Program-made: the position numbers and the translations under genes
Assembly (NCBI GenBank): GCA_013239625.1
Contig: MU053754.1
Span: 617,379 to 681,378 of the forward strand
Direction: 5' to 3'
DNA length: 64,000 nucleotides
Source: Lama guanicoe
Lineage: Eukaryota
Part shown: positions 1 to 12,754 of the stretch, piece after piece
Layout: each line of letters opens with the position of its first letter
Numbering within the stretch: position 1 is the stretch's first letter
Notes under the pieces: model-generated
Seen by the model: only the letters and a program-made list of their open reading frames with translations
Database searches by the model: none
Told to the model about the DNA's origin: nothing

Positions 1-54
1 TGTTTTTTTTTCCCACTTGTAGATGACATTTCTTGGATTCCTGGTCCTGAATCC

Positions 55-360
55 CCATTTGCCTAGAATGGTTTAGCCAGATATCTACCTGCTCAAATGT
101 CACCTCCCCTCTGCTGAGTTCTCACACCCCACTCCACCCTCATTTACAAGGGACCATGTAGTCCTACCATGAACTATGCACCAAGCACACTGGTCACACC
201 TCCTTACCTGTGTGCACACGTGCGTGCCTGTGAGAACCTGTGCACCTGTTAGCTGTCTGAGGGCAGGAGTCATGTTGTGTTAGTTGTTCTGGACGCAACA
301 CTGAGGACAGTAACTAGTCCATGATGGGCAGTCAGCATGCAGATGTGAAATGATTGAACA
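55..360 (+). mobile_element. L2 LINE 3' end remnant
   Basis: Degenerate match to L2 3' terminus (ctcaaatgtcacctcc ... tgagggcaggag ... tgaaatgattgaa). Confidence 0.5.
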
Positions 361-504
361 ACATATTAGTGTTTTATAAAGAGCTTGAAAATAGACATGG
401 AAATCGCCAATAAGCCAAGTTCAAATAGGCTGACATGAAGACATGACTGAGTTTGGGTATAGGAGATACAAATGGCTAGTAAAAAGCATGTTTTAAAAAT
501 GTTC

Positions 505-720
505 AGATTTTATCATGAAACATTTTAGGCAAACGCAAAAGTTGAGAAAATAATATACTGGACTCCCCATCGCTCAGCTTCGGAACATGTTCTTGTGACC
601 AGTCCTTTCATCGGTGCCTCCCCTCCCTTCATTGTGGATTGTTTTAAAGCCAGCTCCACACTCACATCACTTCTTTGATAAACATTTCATTGTTTATCTC
701 CAGAGTGCAGGAATCTTTGA
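505..720 (-). mobile_element. Old L1M-type 3' UTR fragment
   Basis: tttatcatgaaacatttt...caaaagttgagaaaataatat...ggattgttttaaagc resembles antisense old L1M 3' ends. Confidence 0.5.
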
Positions 721-1074
721 CTACGAGTCAGGTGAAATGTGTGACCGTGGAGAGGAATTGGGAGCCTTTGAGCCTGATTTGTGATCTGCAGACGACAGAT
801 ATGGACAAGCGTCCTTGAGCGAGAAGACTCATCAGACAGAAGCGGTTGTATGGATTAGAGGAACAGAGTACATTGCTTACTCTGCATTTCCTTCGAAAGC
901 TTATTGTCTCCAAGAGACACCTTTCTTAATGACTCTGGCCTTAGCTGACTGCCAAAGCCTCTTTATCAAGACAGTAGTTTCCACATCCACAAGGACAGTA
1001 GACAAAACCTTATTTGATCATTTTCCATTTGTGACAAACAGAGGCTCTGAGTAAATCAGAGCAGGGTAAGAGAT

Positions 1075-1209
1075 GAGGTGGCCAGTTCACATTATTTGTC
1101 TAGGGCAGTCTCAAGAGTTTTGCCTTTTGTTCCAGAGCAGGGCATGAGTACAAACCGTCTCTGCTCAAAAAATGTCCAGACTTGAATCATGCAGTACATG
1201 GTAACTGTA
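1075..1209. mobile_element. MER94-like hAT DNA transposon
   Basis: ggtggccag...tttgtctagggcagtctc...ctcaaaaaatgtccagacttg...atggtaactgta follows remembered MER94 layout with decayed terminal inverted repeats. Confidence 0.5.
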
Positions 1210-1639
1210 GACAGAACGGCCTTCAACTAGGTTAGAGGCTGATGGTTATGGAGGACCACTGACCCAGATGAAGTGTGTAGCCAGCTGTCATGAGGGACGG
1301 GATGTGCAGAGAAGCCAGTGGTCAAGTTAACTGATTCACGAGCTCAGTCAGCTGGGCAGACGAGCGCACAGATAGCACTGAGTTCTGGGTCCTCTGATTC
1401 CAGTGCTGAAAATAGGTGATCTCTTCCTCTCATTTCTGCCCCCTGCTCGGGGAGGTAGAAATAAGCTGTCACTACACCCTGGGGGCCTGAGCGAGTCTTT
1501 CACAGGGGCCAAGACTGCTGATCTCCACCAAGGCATGGCTGGGTCCTTCTGCCCTCCTTCCAGGTCTAACGTGTTCTTGGTGCTCAAGTGAGCAGGACTG
1601 ACTTTGCAGAGGAAACCGTAATCTGGCGAGCAGAGTTTT

Positions 1640-1770
1640 AGTGACTGGTGGTGGTTTCATGTAGGTATGCATACCTAGGTTTCTACATGTGCAAGCTCAT
1701 TGAATTGTATGCATTAAATATATGCAGTGTTTTGTGTATAAATGATATACTTTGATAAAGCTGTTAAACA
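1640..1770 (+). mobile_element. Old L1M 3' terminus
   Basis: aagctcattgaattgtatgcattaaatatatgcagtgttttgtgtataaatgatatactttgataaagctgttaaa matches the L1M 3' end motif. Confidence 0.65.
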
Positions 1771-2658
1771 ATAGCAGTAACAACAAAGGAGAAAGTTAAC
1801 AGTGAAAGGAGCCGGAAGGGAGTAGCGTCCCACGATGGAGAAGCTGGCCGTCCTCCTGTGTGTACAGTATGGTCGGGGCAGAGACAGAGGGGACAGGCGT
1901 TTTTACTAGTCACTGCTGTAAATAATAGAGGCAAAAAGTAGGAGAGTGTATCTGACAGTGAAACCGTGGATTGTAAAGATGTTATAGAGGCAGAATTGGT
2001 GGGCACTGATGATAGATTTGCTTCAAGGGACAAGAAAAATTGAAAATGACAAGGTGAATCAGGTGTGCCAGAGCACGTTGATGGGGAAGGTAAGGAAAAG
2101 CAAAGTGAGAGGGAGCAACATGTGGTGAATATTGAAGATTTTTAGTGGAGATTGCTTTGAATAGACTAGAACGGATAAAGGTCTCAGAGGAGCAGGACGA
2201 AAGGGGCTTAATCAAACAGGGATTTTTTTTTCCCTCATGTAACAAATGGACCAGCTTTAACACAGTTTTGTAGAAGCGTACCCAGACCTTGTCTATAATT
2301 GTGTTCAACTACTCCTTAAGGAGTGTGGTAATTTTGTGGAGAGACAGTTAGAACTAAAGCAGAAAGAACTTTCATTTTTCTATTCCTTCACCTATTGCTA
2401 CCTTACTTTAAGATACAGGTGTCTAATAGATGCTTCATGAATATTTCTAGGTGAAAGGCTGACTTAACCTTACTGGGCAGGGACTCAACAACTGTTCAGG
2501 ATTTTTGTTTTTTTCTGATACCCACCATGGTGAGGTGAGAGTGTATCCCATCAATTTGTGATTTAGTTTAGAAGGTTATATGTTTATATATTCAGACCTA
2601 TATATTGTGGGTGTGTATATATGTATTTATATATACAATCAGATGTATGTGGTTCATT

Positions 2659-2764
2659 AGTGCACTTCAAGTATTTATAGCCATAATTATAGTTTGAGAT
2701 TCACACAAACTCATACCCTTTGTGTATTTCAAACTATATATATGGCTATAAATATTTGTGCATT
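2659..2764. repeat. Long AT-rich inverted repeat (hairpin)
   Basis: Arm 2661-2709 is the near reverse complement of arm 2719-2762 around a 9-nt loop; read directly from the sequence. Confidence 0.85.
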
Positions 2765-3699
2765 CCAGGAACACAGGAAAGAAAAAGTACCAGCCACTTA
2801 AGTACCAGTACTAAAAAGGGGAAAACATTTTAATATGGAATTTTATCATGTGAATTCTTTCACCACAAGCCAAATATTTTCTGCCAGTATCCTTCTGCCA
2901 ACACTCACCCCAAAAATAAAATAATAAAGCAAAGTTCTACTTATATGGAAAATATGGTGAAAATCCTCTGTAACCCAGTAAGGCTGTATTTTTATTCTTG
3001 TGTGCTGTGCACACTCTGAGAACTTGCTGTGTATTCACTGTGTCCTGTGCAAACATATTTTTCCTTCTTGAGTGGGGGCTAGTAAGACAATGGCTAATAC
3101 AGTGAAGGGTTTTGACGAATATTCTGCTTCCTAAAACAACAGGTGATTGAAATATGTTTGAGTTTCCCAGAAAGAATCAATGAAATCTGGAAAATTGTTA
3201 GTGTTCACCCCTTTAACAGAAAGTCATGAAATTAGGGTCTTCTTCCTCCTGGATTTGGCTTCAATTTTAGAGCCCAGTGGTTTCTGTGTGTACAAATCTA
3301 AGATAGGAAAACGCTGTTGGATCACGCAGAGCGCCTGACCAGTTCAATCGTGGTCATATAAAACAGCAGTGCTGGGTCAGAATTAAGGCCATGAAAGAGT
3401 GCAATTAGCTGTCTGAGTGGGTCCAGTCGGGTGAAAAGCTGGGGAGCTGGTTGCGATCAGACAAGAGCGATGAGTCGTCTTCATTCAGGAAAGTGAGTTG
3501 GTGACCCCAAGAGCTGATCAAATCAGTCAGATTGTTCACATCCGTCCAATGAGACTGGGCAATACAAAAAAATCCCTGGAGCTTGGGGAAGTGCTTCAAA
3601 ATGGTGAAAACTAGTGAGCGTGTCTGCCGCATTTCATTACGCCAGGGGTGCCCTCTCTGACTAGCACTTCAAGGTGACAGTGACCTAAGATGTTGGTAA

Positions 3700-3852
3700 G
3701 TCACATTTCCTTAACTCTAAATACAGGAGACAAGGTTTTAGGGAGAGTATAATGCTTGTCCGAGGTCATGTGGCTAATTCATAAAAAAAACAAGGACTAG
3801 AAATCATTTTTTTTCAGATTCCAGCAAATAGTCTATCCACCACACTGCCTCT
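3700..3852 (-). mobile_element. MIR SINE fragment
   Basis: cttgtccgaggtcatgtggctaat...ggactagaaatca...ccacactgcctc resembles antisense MIR core and head. Confidence 0.55.
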
Positions 3853-5086
3853 TATTTTTCCTATTTAAAATAATTTAATCATTGTTACTTTAAGAGAACA
3901 AAAGAAACAGGCACCCAGTGTTTAATTTCTCCCATTATTTTTAAACATTCAAGTGTATGTAAAGTATGTGTGGGGAGAAAAGTATTATTTTGAGCATCGT
4001 AACTAACACTCGCTGTGGATCTCCTCCTCCGTGTCACCATGACAAACGTGTGACTCATCCATCCCCACCTAACATAAGGACCCCGCTAAACACCTGGCCT
4101 TGCTCCTTGGAGTGACGGGTTGAGCTCGGTTGAAAGCATAGATCTCAAATTTTTGGCACTTGCTCTCTTCTCACTGTTGTTTAGAGAAATAAAGTCTTTC
4201 CAGATGCACCGCGTTTTTTCTACTCTCATTCCCACCCCCTTATTCATTTTATCTGGCTGCTCTTGGTCTTCACGGCATGACTTCCTTGCATTGTCTGCAG
4301 GTAGCGTCAGCCCCTGGCAGGCACTCCCGCCCGTGTTCAGAGGAAGGTACAGTCTGGAGGTAGAACAGAGCAGGACCCTCTGGGGTCCTCCCTGCTCCAG
4401 AAGCTTTCTGTCCTGTACTCCCCACCCCCACCTCCAACCACATTTCTTTTTTGTAGGAAACAAGCTTCATTCCTTGATCCTCCCAGAGTTCCAAAGGGCA
4501 AAGTCAAACAGTTGCTAATCAGGGAAGGGTGGGGGTGCAGAGACAAGGGAGGAGCAGTCAGGAAGCAGTAGTGCAGCCTTGGGGCAGGTCCTGGCTCCTC
4601 CTTAAGGAATACACAGAACAACACCTTTTGAGTTCTTCCCTAGGGACTAAGGCCGCCACCAGGCAGGGGGTTGGCAACTTCAGGCCAAGCACAAGATTCC
4701 TGGAGCACCGCCCTGGTACCTCCCCACCAGCCAAGCAGAGGACAGTCACACACCCCTGCAGGCCCCACCCCCAATTCTGCCCATTAAAACTTCTGTCCTC
4801 AAACCACCAGGGAGTTCAGGCTTTTTGAGCACCAGCCACCCATTCTCCTTGCTTGGCCCTGCAATCAGCCTTTCTCCGTCCCAGACTCCGATGTTTCGGT
4901 TTGTTTGGCCTCACTGTACAGCAGGCTCACGGACTCGTGTTTGGCCACAGAAGGAAGTTTCATCAGTCAGCAGTGTGTTCTGGGACCCTGTTTTCCACTT
5001 CAGCGTTAGGACCTTTAATTCACACTCCCAGTTGTAAGAAAAGAATCCGCATAAAAGTTTTTTTATTGGGAGGCAAGGAAGACTGA

Positions 5087-5600
5087 CTTCTGGATGGCTT
5101 CTGTGACTTCTGCCCCCAGTGTTACTTTCATTATTATGTCACCTTATGTAGGTGGCAGAAGGACCTTTGCAGATAGAATTCAGGTTCCCAATCACTTGAC
5201 CTTAAGACAGGGGATTATCAAGACAGGACTGACCTAATCACAGGAGCCCTATAAAAGCACAGTTTTCTCCAGCTGGTCAGCGGAGCAAAAGTCAGATGTA
5301 CAGAGAGGTTGGATGCAAAGGAGGCCCTCTGTTACTAAGAGATGTCCAGGGGCCTGGGAGCAGCCCTGAGTAGCTGAGAGGGATCCCGGCCAACAGCCAG
5401 AAATTAGATGTGGGCTCAGTCCCACGTCCTACATCTGCAAGGAGCCAAGGACCTCAGTGAGCTTGAGAGCAGTTCTTCCCTGGAGCGTCCAGGTGAGAGC
5501 CCAGCCCTGCCAGCACCTTAATATTGGCCTTGTGGGACCCTGAGCAGAGGAAGCTGGGAAGGCTGTGGTGATGTGTCATGCAGCAAAAGAAAACTCATAG
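5087..5600 (+). mobile_element. MLT1E-like MaLR LTR
   Basis: ctttgcagatagaattcaggttcccaatcacttgaccttaagacaggggattatc, gacctaatcacaggagcc, ggaccctgagcagagga, gcagcaaaagaaaactcata. Confidence 0.75.
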
Positions 5601-6199
5601 TTTCCTGGGGTAGACAAGACTTTGCCATCATAAAAGCAGGAGAGAGAGAGATCAAGTCAAAACACGAGGGTGTTAAGTTGTGCTGTAGGGAAGGACGCTA
5701 ATTGAGATTGGGGCTTATGAAGAGAAATGTGTCCATGCCAGGGAGCACAGAGGAGGAGAGGTCACTTGGTTGAAACAGGCTGGAGCAAAACAAGGGCTTC
5801 TCCTGGCCTTGCGGTGTCTGTAAGCCCCGGGAGGAAAAGGAGGGCTGCACGTGAAGGCGTACCATCAGGGAAAAGCTAGGTTCCTGCCAAGGAGAGACGG
5901 TGAGAGCATGTTCTGGGAAGATCTGAGGCTGGAGAGAATACAAGCCTGGTGCCAAAGCACCTTGGAGGATTTTAGAAGGGTGGTGGGAGAGAGGCTGGTG
6001 AAAGGAGAGGCAGGGTGGTAGGTCTAAGAGTGAGGGGCAGACAAAAGGGTGACCTGGTGGGGTCCCCTGGTGGTGCCTGATGGCGGTTGTTTTGATGGCC
6101 CTTTTGGACGTAGTGCAGGAAGCGGGCACAGGGTGACAGTGGACTTCCTCAGCTCTTGACAGGATGTCAAGCACAGGGGAAATTCTTCCAGGCAGCCAC

Positions 6200-6300
6200 G
6201 AAGGCAGGGATCCAGTCTGTTCTCTGCTGTAGCCCAAGCTCTTGGAATAGTGCCTGGCACGTGGCGGGTGCCCCATCCATATTTGTTGAAGGACCCATGA
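6200..6300 (+). mobile_element. L2 3' end
   Basis: ggcagggatccagtctgttctctgctgtagccc...agtgcctggcacgtggcgggtgcc...atatttgttgaa. Confidence 0.7.
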
Positions 6301-6789
6301 GTCATTTTTCTCTTCTGTGTCCTGGTCTTCCACCCCCTGGAGTGAGGGGAGTTCAGAAACTGCCTCTTCTCCCAGGCATGTCAGGTATAAACTGACTCAG
6401 CCTTACCAGGAAGTCTCAAAACCGTTAACACAGATACTTCTATAAGAGAGATATTCGAATTTGTGTTTATCTCTGTTTCTTTACACCGAGAAACTGTCCA
6501 TCTGTGAGAACTGTTGATCTCCATCACCCCGCCCCTACCCTGCATCCGACCCCACAGAAGAATCTGGCTGCCCCCAGTGGTCTTCCCCAGTGTAGCGGAG
6601 GGCAGCCTTGTCTTCAGTGGTTCCCCTGCAGCAGCTGGGTCATTTCTGGGCTCCCTGCTGCTCTCACACTCGTATCTAAACACTTGACGTCCTTTGCAGG
6701 CTCTGCCTTCCAGCCTCTTCTACCCCTGCCACCCTAAACCAAGTTACCAAACAGGTATCATAACTCACCTTGAAGGCTATGAGGGCTGT

Positions 6790-7443
6790 CTGACTGGTCT
6801 ACCTGCTTCTACCCTTGCCTTCCTACACAGCCCAGTGATTCTATGAATGCATATGTGATCATTCTCATATTAAAGGATATGTCATTGTACGTACATGTTT
6901 AAGTATAAGTCATAGCAAAGCCCTCTGTTGCTTTCCTTCTCAAGCAGGATGAAATTCAGTTTATGCCAGCGTCAACATATGGTCTTGTGCCCAGCTGTCT
7001 GTCATTTCACCCTCTTTACCTGTTGTTTAGAGGTGGAGCCCACCACACTGCTGTCCACTGGTGGACATTTCTGCTTACTGTTTCCTCTGCCTGGAACATT
7101 CCCCCCCCCCCCAGATACCTGCAGTGCTTCCTTCTTGACTGCCACTATGGAGATTTTTTTCTCTGACTGCTCTGTTGGAAATTACACCCACCCCATCATG
7201 CTCCATCCCCATAACCTGACATATGTTTCTTACTAGCTTTCATTATCACCTGCCCTATTATATATCTTACACTACGTATTTATGTTGTAACTGTCTGATT
7301 GCTTTCTACGTCTCCGAGTTAGAACGTAAGCTCCATGAGAGCAGGGCTTTCTCGGGTTTGTTCACGGTTGTATTCCCAGTATCTGAAACTCGGCCTGTGA
7401 TTTGGTAGGTATTTAATGGGTGGTAGATTCAAGGAATGAATGA
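6790..7443 (+). mobile_element. L2a-like LINE 3' portion
   Basis: tcctctgcctggaacatt, agaacgtaagctccatgagagcagggc, ttgttcacggttgtattcccag, ending gaatgaatga. Confidence 0.8.
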
Positions 7444-8789
7444 CTTCACTCCTTTCCATGAAAGTCATTGGAGACTTGGCTTGCAGATAGTCTTTCAGGA
7501 GAGAATGTAAATTGTGTTTCGTGAAAAGGAGCAAAGAAAGGGAGAGGAAACAGAAGGAGCGTGAAGTAACCAAATGACTGGACGGACAAGCCCCAGAAGA
7601 CGGAGCTCAGTTGTGCCTCAGTCTGCACGTGAAGACAGTGAGACCAGAGAAGGTCAGTGTCCTTTGAGGCTCCAACCTTACATGGAAGCCTGGCCAGGAC
7701 CAGAACAGTCTGAGTTGTCCAAAACATAAGGTCCTCCACACGAGGCAGAGGCAAAAGAGACCTGGGAGGCGAGGGAGGAGCAGAATTCTTCATCAAATGC
7801 CAGTCACAGTGCTGCACATTTACACAGTATCTCTGAATGTATCAATTTAAGAGAAGGGAAATTCACATACAGAGAACAGAACAGACTGCCAACTTGTCTT
7901 ACGTTTTTCATGCCTGGTGCAATACCTTTGGTTTTTAACAGTGAACTTACAGTTAAATTTGAAGAGGCAAAAAATGTACAAATGTTTGCAACCTAGCACT
8001 GAAGGAGTGAGCATAAATAAAAATTACGGATAAAACATTTAAAACAAGAGCATAACATTCAGAGGAAAGACTTAGTTATGATTGAGAAACAAGAAGGTAT
8101 TGAGTAAATAAGGATAAATTACTACATCAGGGCTAAGGGTACTCCATGAGGAAAGTTTTAAGTGTAGGTGCCCCAAACAAAACCAGTTCAGAACTTCATC
8201 ATAAAACAGTTCATGGAGCATCCCCAAGTACCATTTCAGCCGGGTCAGCCTCAACGATTGTCACGCTGGATGACATATTTATACTTGCCTGTCCACTGAG
8301 GGGAGATTTATGTGGGTACATCACCCTTATCCTCTCTTGGCCAATGTCCTGCCTCAGATTAATCTATAAACACTTCTTCACTCCTGCCCTGTGGTTTTGA
8401 TGCGTCATTAGCTTCCTCGAAGAGCACACTTGGTTATGAGCAAATAAAATCCTTACAGCTTACATTTAAACAAGATCTCACTGATATGTCATGTTCAGTT
8501 CATTCCCCTTTATCTAACTGTCGAGTTGGACAAACTATACTCTAACACTTGGGGCTCAGCCAGATCAAAGCGGGGTCTCCTATAAATTAAAAAGATGCGT
8601 ATCTCCCACTAAAACTTGGATTTGGGCAGCTGGTGTCTGTTTCCCACCTGCCTCTTCTCCACTCCACTCCCTTAGCTCTGTGAATGTTAAAATGGCCAGC
8701 TGGCTGGTCAGTGTCTCTCTACAGCTTACTCTCCCTTTTTCAAGTTCGAATTGGCCCCTTCCCAAAACCTCAGAGTTATCTGTGCTCTC

Positions 8790-9460
8790 CTCTCCCACGT
8801 TCCTTGTCTTTCAGTAGCAAAACCCTGCTGATTGTCTCTCATAGGTACTTAAAGGACCTGCTCCTGCTTGCCCACGTCCCTGATCAGACGTATGACTTCT
8901 CTCCAGAACAGTCACGTTCACTTCCTGACTACTGTCCCTGCCTCCAGTCTTTCCCCACGCTAATCCATCCTGAACACGCTGCGTTACCTTTGTAGAGCTG
9001 AGCCTTTTCATTGCCCCTCACTACCTAGAAAGCAACATTCCAGAGTTCAGCTTGGCACACAGGTTCCCCAGGCAAGCCTGAGTCCAGCCTTTAGCCTCAT
9101 CTCACACCCTCCCTGCCCTTCACATACTGGAAATTATCAGCCCCGTAGACATCTGCCCATCCTCCAAGGACACCAGGCACATTCCACTTCGGTGACTTCC
9201 TTCCAGCTGTGCAGCACTTTTAAACCTGCTCAAAGCCCATTGCTACTCTGAGCTCTACATCTCAGCTCTTCTGACCTTTTGTTTCTGACTGACTTTCAGC
9301 CCCATCAGAATCTACGTGGTCCTCTGTCTCGTTGTGTTTGCATCACAGGTGGCCACACTCTGAAGTGTGTGTGTCGTGTACTAGTCATCATTGTAACCTA
9401 CCCACTGCTTAGGAAAATGCCTTGTACATAATAGGAGCTCCAAAATATATTTATGCTGTT
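8790..9460 (+). mobile_element. L2 LINE fragment
   Basis: tccctgcctccagtctttcccc...aatccatcctgaacacgctgc and terminal tgccttgtacataataggagctcc. Confidence 0.55.
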
Positions 9461-10712
9461 TCTTTGTGGTTCATGACTGAGGTTTGTCCCAGAGAAATGT
9501 ACAGCGTATCCCTGATCATCTTCTCCACAATGCAGCAGTCTGCTAGTCATCATCATGGCTTTAATGAGCGATCAGTTTAATTGGCAAGCACCTACCCTGG
9601 AAAACCAATGTATCCTAAACTCAACATCTTAGTAATGAATTCGTGTATTTTCTCTCAGATGGTTCAGTTACACTTTGGCTTGACTCCTTACTAAATAAAT
9701 TCAGCAAATTACCTGTGAAAATGTCGACACTGAATGTGGCTGATAGGACATTTGGGGTCCTGGGCACTTTTAGGAACCCCTGACCCACATCACAGAGAGG
9801 GGTTCATGGGTCAGGATGTTGCACTTCTCTGAACAAGGATGTCCAAGGAGACGCATCCCGCTCTCCCACGGGCCTCCGTGTGCTGTGAGCCACAGCCGAT
9901 CCTTGCTGCCGAGTCACCAGCTGTTAATCCTGAGCAGCTGCCTTTGAGCGGCTCGATTTTGGGGTCAAATCGTGTTTCAGGCCACTCTGCTTTCCTAATA
10001 GAGGAACTTATGTTGCCCTTCAAATTCCACCCAAAATGATAAACAACTTCTTCCTCAACGTTTAGTTGAGTTGGAGAGTGAGCAGTTTTGATGGGGTCTG
10101 TCATACCTGCAGACTGTGTAGAATCTGAGAAAAGAAAGATTAATGAGGAGTGAATTCAGCATCTCCCTGAGGAAAGAGTCGCCAGTGAATTATGAGCCTT
10201 TGAGAGATAAGGTAGCTTAGTGACGTGAGTACCTTCTCTCTTCTTATCTCATGCCTACCAAGTCTTCCTCATGTGTTTTTGTATACGATGGTAGATAAAT
10301 CATTGAATAAAAATTTGAAAAGGATTGATGTTGGATGAAGATAATTTCATATTATATATATATATATATGGAATATATATGGAACAGGATATAAAATTTA
10401 GATTATATCTACCTTTATGAAAACCATTAATCAGTAAAATCAAAAATTCAGTAATCCGGTAATATATAACTAGCAATTGCCTTCTGTCTTTAAGAAGTTG
10501 GACTACAGAAATTAAAGGTATGGATAGGTCAGCTGCATTGAGATTCGAGGCCCACAGATACGATGATCAAGACTGCATTGCTGGATTTGAGGGCAGCCAT
10601 TTAAACTCTGCACAATTTCCCATCTTCAAACTTAGACTTCTGATTTATGAAAAAATGTATTAAATTACCACATTTCCATTCTTAAAAATCAGAGACAAAA
10701 AATAGTTAATTT

Positions 10713-12070
10713 AATTTTTTTCTTTTTTCAGGTTTTTTAAAAAATTGAAGTATAGTCATTAATCATGTGTCCATTTATGGTGTACAGCACAATGTCCCAT
10801 CATGCATATACATACATATATTTGTTTTCATATTCTTTTTCATTAAAGGTTATTGAATATAGTTCCCTGTGCTGTACTGAAGAAATCTGTTCCTTGAATC
10901 TATTTTTATATATAGTGGCTAACATTTGCAAATCTCAAACTCCCAGATTTATCCCTTCCCACCCTCTTTCCCCCATAACCTTAAACTTGTTTACTATTTC
11001 TGCAAGTCTGTTTCTGTTTGTAGATGAGTTCATTGATGTACTCTTTTTTCCTTTCTTTCTCTTTTTAGGTTCCATATATGAGTGATAGCATATGGTATTT
11101 TTCTTTCTCTTTTTCTGGCTTACTTCACTGAGAATGACCATCTCTAGGTCCATCCATGTTGCTGCAAATGGCATTATTTTATTCATTTTTATGGCCAAGT
11201 AGTATTCCATTGTATAAATATTACCACATCTTCTTTATCCAGTCAACTGTTGATGGACATTTAGATTGCTTCCATGTTTTGGCTACTGTAAATAGTGCTG
11301 CTATGAACATTGGGGCTGTGTGTATCTTCTTGAATTAGAGTTCCCTCTGGATATATGTCCAGGAGTGGGATTGCTGGATCATAGGGTAAGTCTATTTTTA
11401 GTCTTTTGAGGAGTCTCCATACTGATTTTCCACAATGGCTGCGCCAAACTGCATTCCCACCAGCACTGTAGGAGGGTTCCCTTTTCTCCACAGCCTCTCC
11501 AGCATTTATCATTTGTGGACTTTTGAATGACGGCCATTCTGACTGGTGTGAGGTGATACCTCATCATAGTTTTGATTTGCATTTCTCTGATAATTAGTGA
11601 TGTTGAGCATTTTTTCATGTGCCTATTGGCCATTTGTATGTCTTCGTTGGAGAATTGCTTGCTTAGGTCTTCTGTCCATTTTTGGATTGGGTTGTTTGCT
11701 TTTTTGTTATTAAGTTGTATGAGCTATTTGTATATTCTGGAGGTTAAACCTTTGTCAGTTGCATCATTTGTAAATATTTCCCGCCATATCAGAGGTTGTC
11801 ATTTTGTTTTGCTTATGGTTTCCTTTGCTGTGTTTAATTAGGTCCCATTGGTTTATTCTTGCTTTTATTTCTTCTAGGAGAAAATTTTTGAAATGTATGT
11901 CAGATAGTGTTTTGCCTATGTTTTCCTCTAGGAGGTTTATTGTATCTTGTCTTATGTTTAAGTCTTTGATCCATTTTGAGTTTATTTTTGTGTATGGTGT
12001 GAGGGAGTGTTCTAACTTCATTGATTTCCATGCTGCTGTCCAGTTTTCCCAACACCACTTGCTGAAGAGA
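10713..12070 (-). mobile_element. 5'-truncated young L1: ORF2 C-terminal remnant, 3' UTR and poly(A)
   Basis: Minus-strand ORF pieces [76 protein letters not shown] and MPFAATWMDLE are L1 ORF2, broken across frames. 14-bp TSD with 1 mismatch at 10699-10712 and 12071-12084. Confidence 0.97.
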
Positions 12071-12164
12071 AGAATAGTTAATTTTGAGTAACTATTTTAG
12101 CAGACATGATTTTTTTCTTCATAACAAAAATGTAATGAAATTTAATTCTAAAAGTACCTCTTAG

Positions 12165-12432
12165 GAGTTTTCTGTACTGCACAGCAAGTTGTCATAAATG
12201 TACTGGTTCAGAATCACACGCATTTATTGTCTCACCATCTCTGTGGTTCAGGAGCCCTGACACTCCTTAGCTGGATTTGCTGCCCAGAGTCTCACACAGC
12301 TGCATCAAGGGTAGTCCGTGATGTTCTTTTGGTTAGAAGCAGGTCACAGCTCCTGCCCACACCGAAGGGGAGGGGGATACACAGATTTTTACTTTAGGGC
12401 CACGGAGGCCAGCTTGGGATCCTGCCCACAGC
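12165..12432 (-). mobile_element. MLT1E/F-like LTR, internally deleted
   Basis: catttattgtctcaccatctctgtggttcaggag...cttagctgg and ggttagaagcaggtcacagctcctgcccacaccgaaggggagggg. Confidence 0.65.
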
Positions 12433-12708
12433 AACCGTGTGCTTCAGAAGACTTTGTTTCTTTCTCTCTTTCTCTCTAGGTGTATGTCTGTGTGTGTGTT
12501 TATGTATATATATAATTTGTGTATTTTCTGTAATATTTGTATTACCTTATCTATAAAGTGCTTAGAAAAATCTAATTAAAGCCTTGACTCTTCTTAAGTT
12601 TTTAAGCATTAAAAATGTTTTCCTGACCACATCTTTCGATACCTAATTTAATTCAATTAGTCTTCCTCATCTTTGTCTTTTTCTTTCATGAGCCCTGAAT
12701 CAGCTTTG

Positions 12709-12709
<1 letters not shown>

Positions 12710-12750
<41 letters not shown>
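12710..12750. repeat. (TG)20 microsatellite
   Basis: Perfect dinucleotide run. Confidence 0.98.

Positions 12751-12754
<4 letters not shown>

Noticed and set aside
5698..6333. 211-aa minus-strand ORF
   Set aside because: Overlaps L2-derived sequence; non-ATG start; no recognisable homology.
9774..9815. Two overlapping short inverted repeats (gaacccct/aggggttc and cctgaccca/tgggtcagg)
   Set aside because: Stems of 8-9 bp with no supporting context; cannot be separated from chance.
10935..12021. L1 ORF2 pieces as a functional CDS
   Set aside because: 5'-truncated, broken across frames and internally deleted; only the C-terminal part is present.
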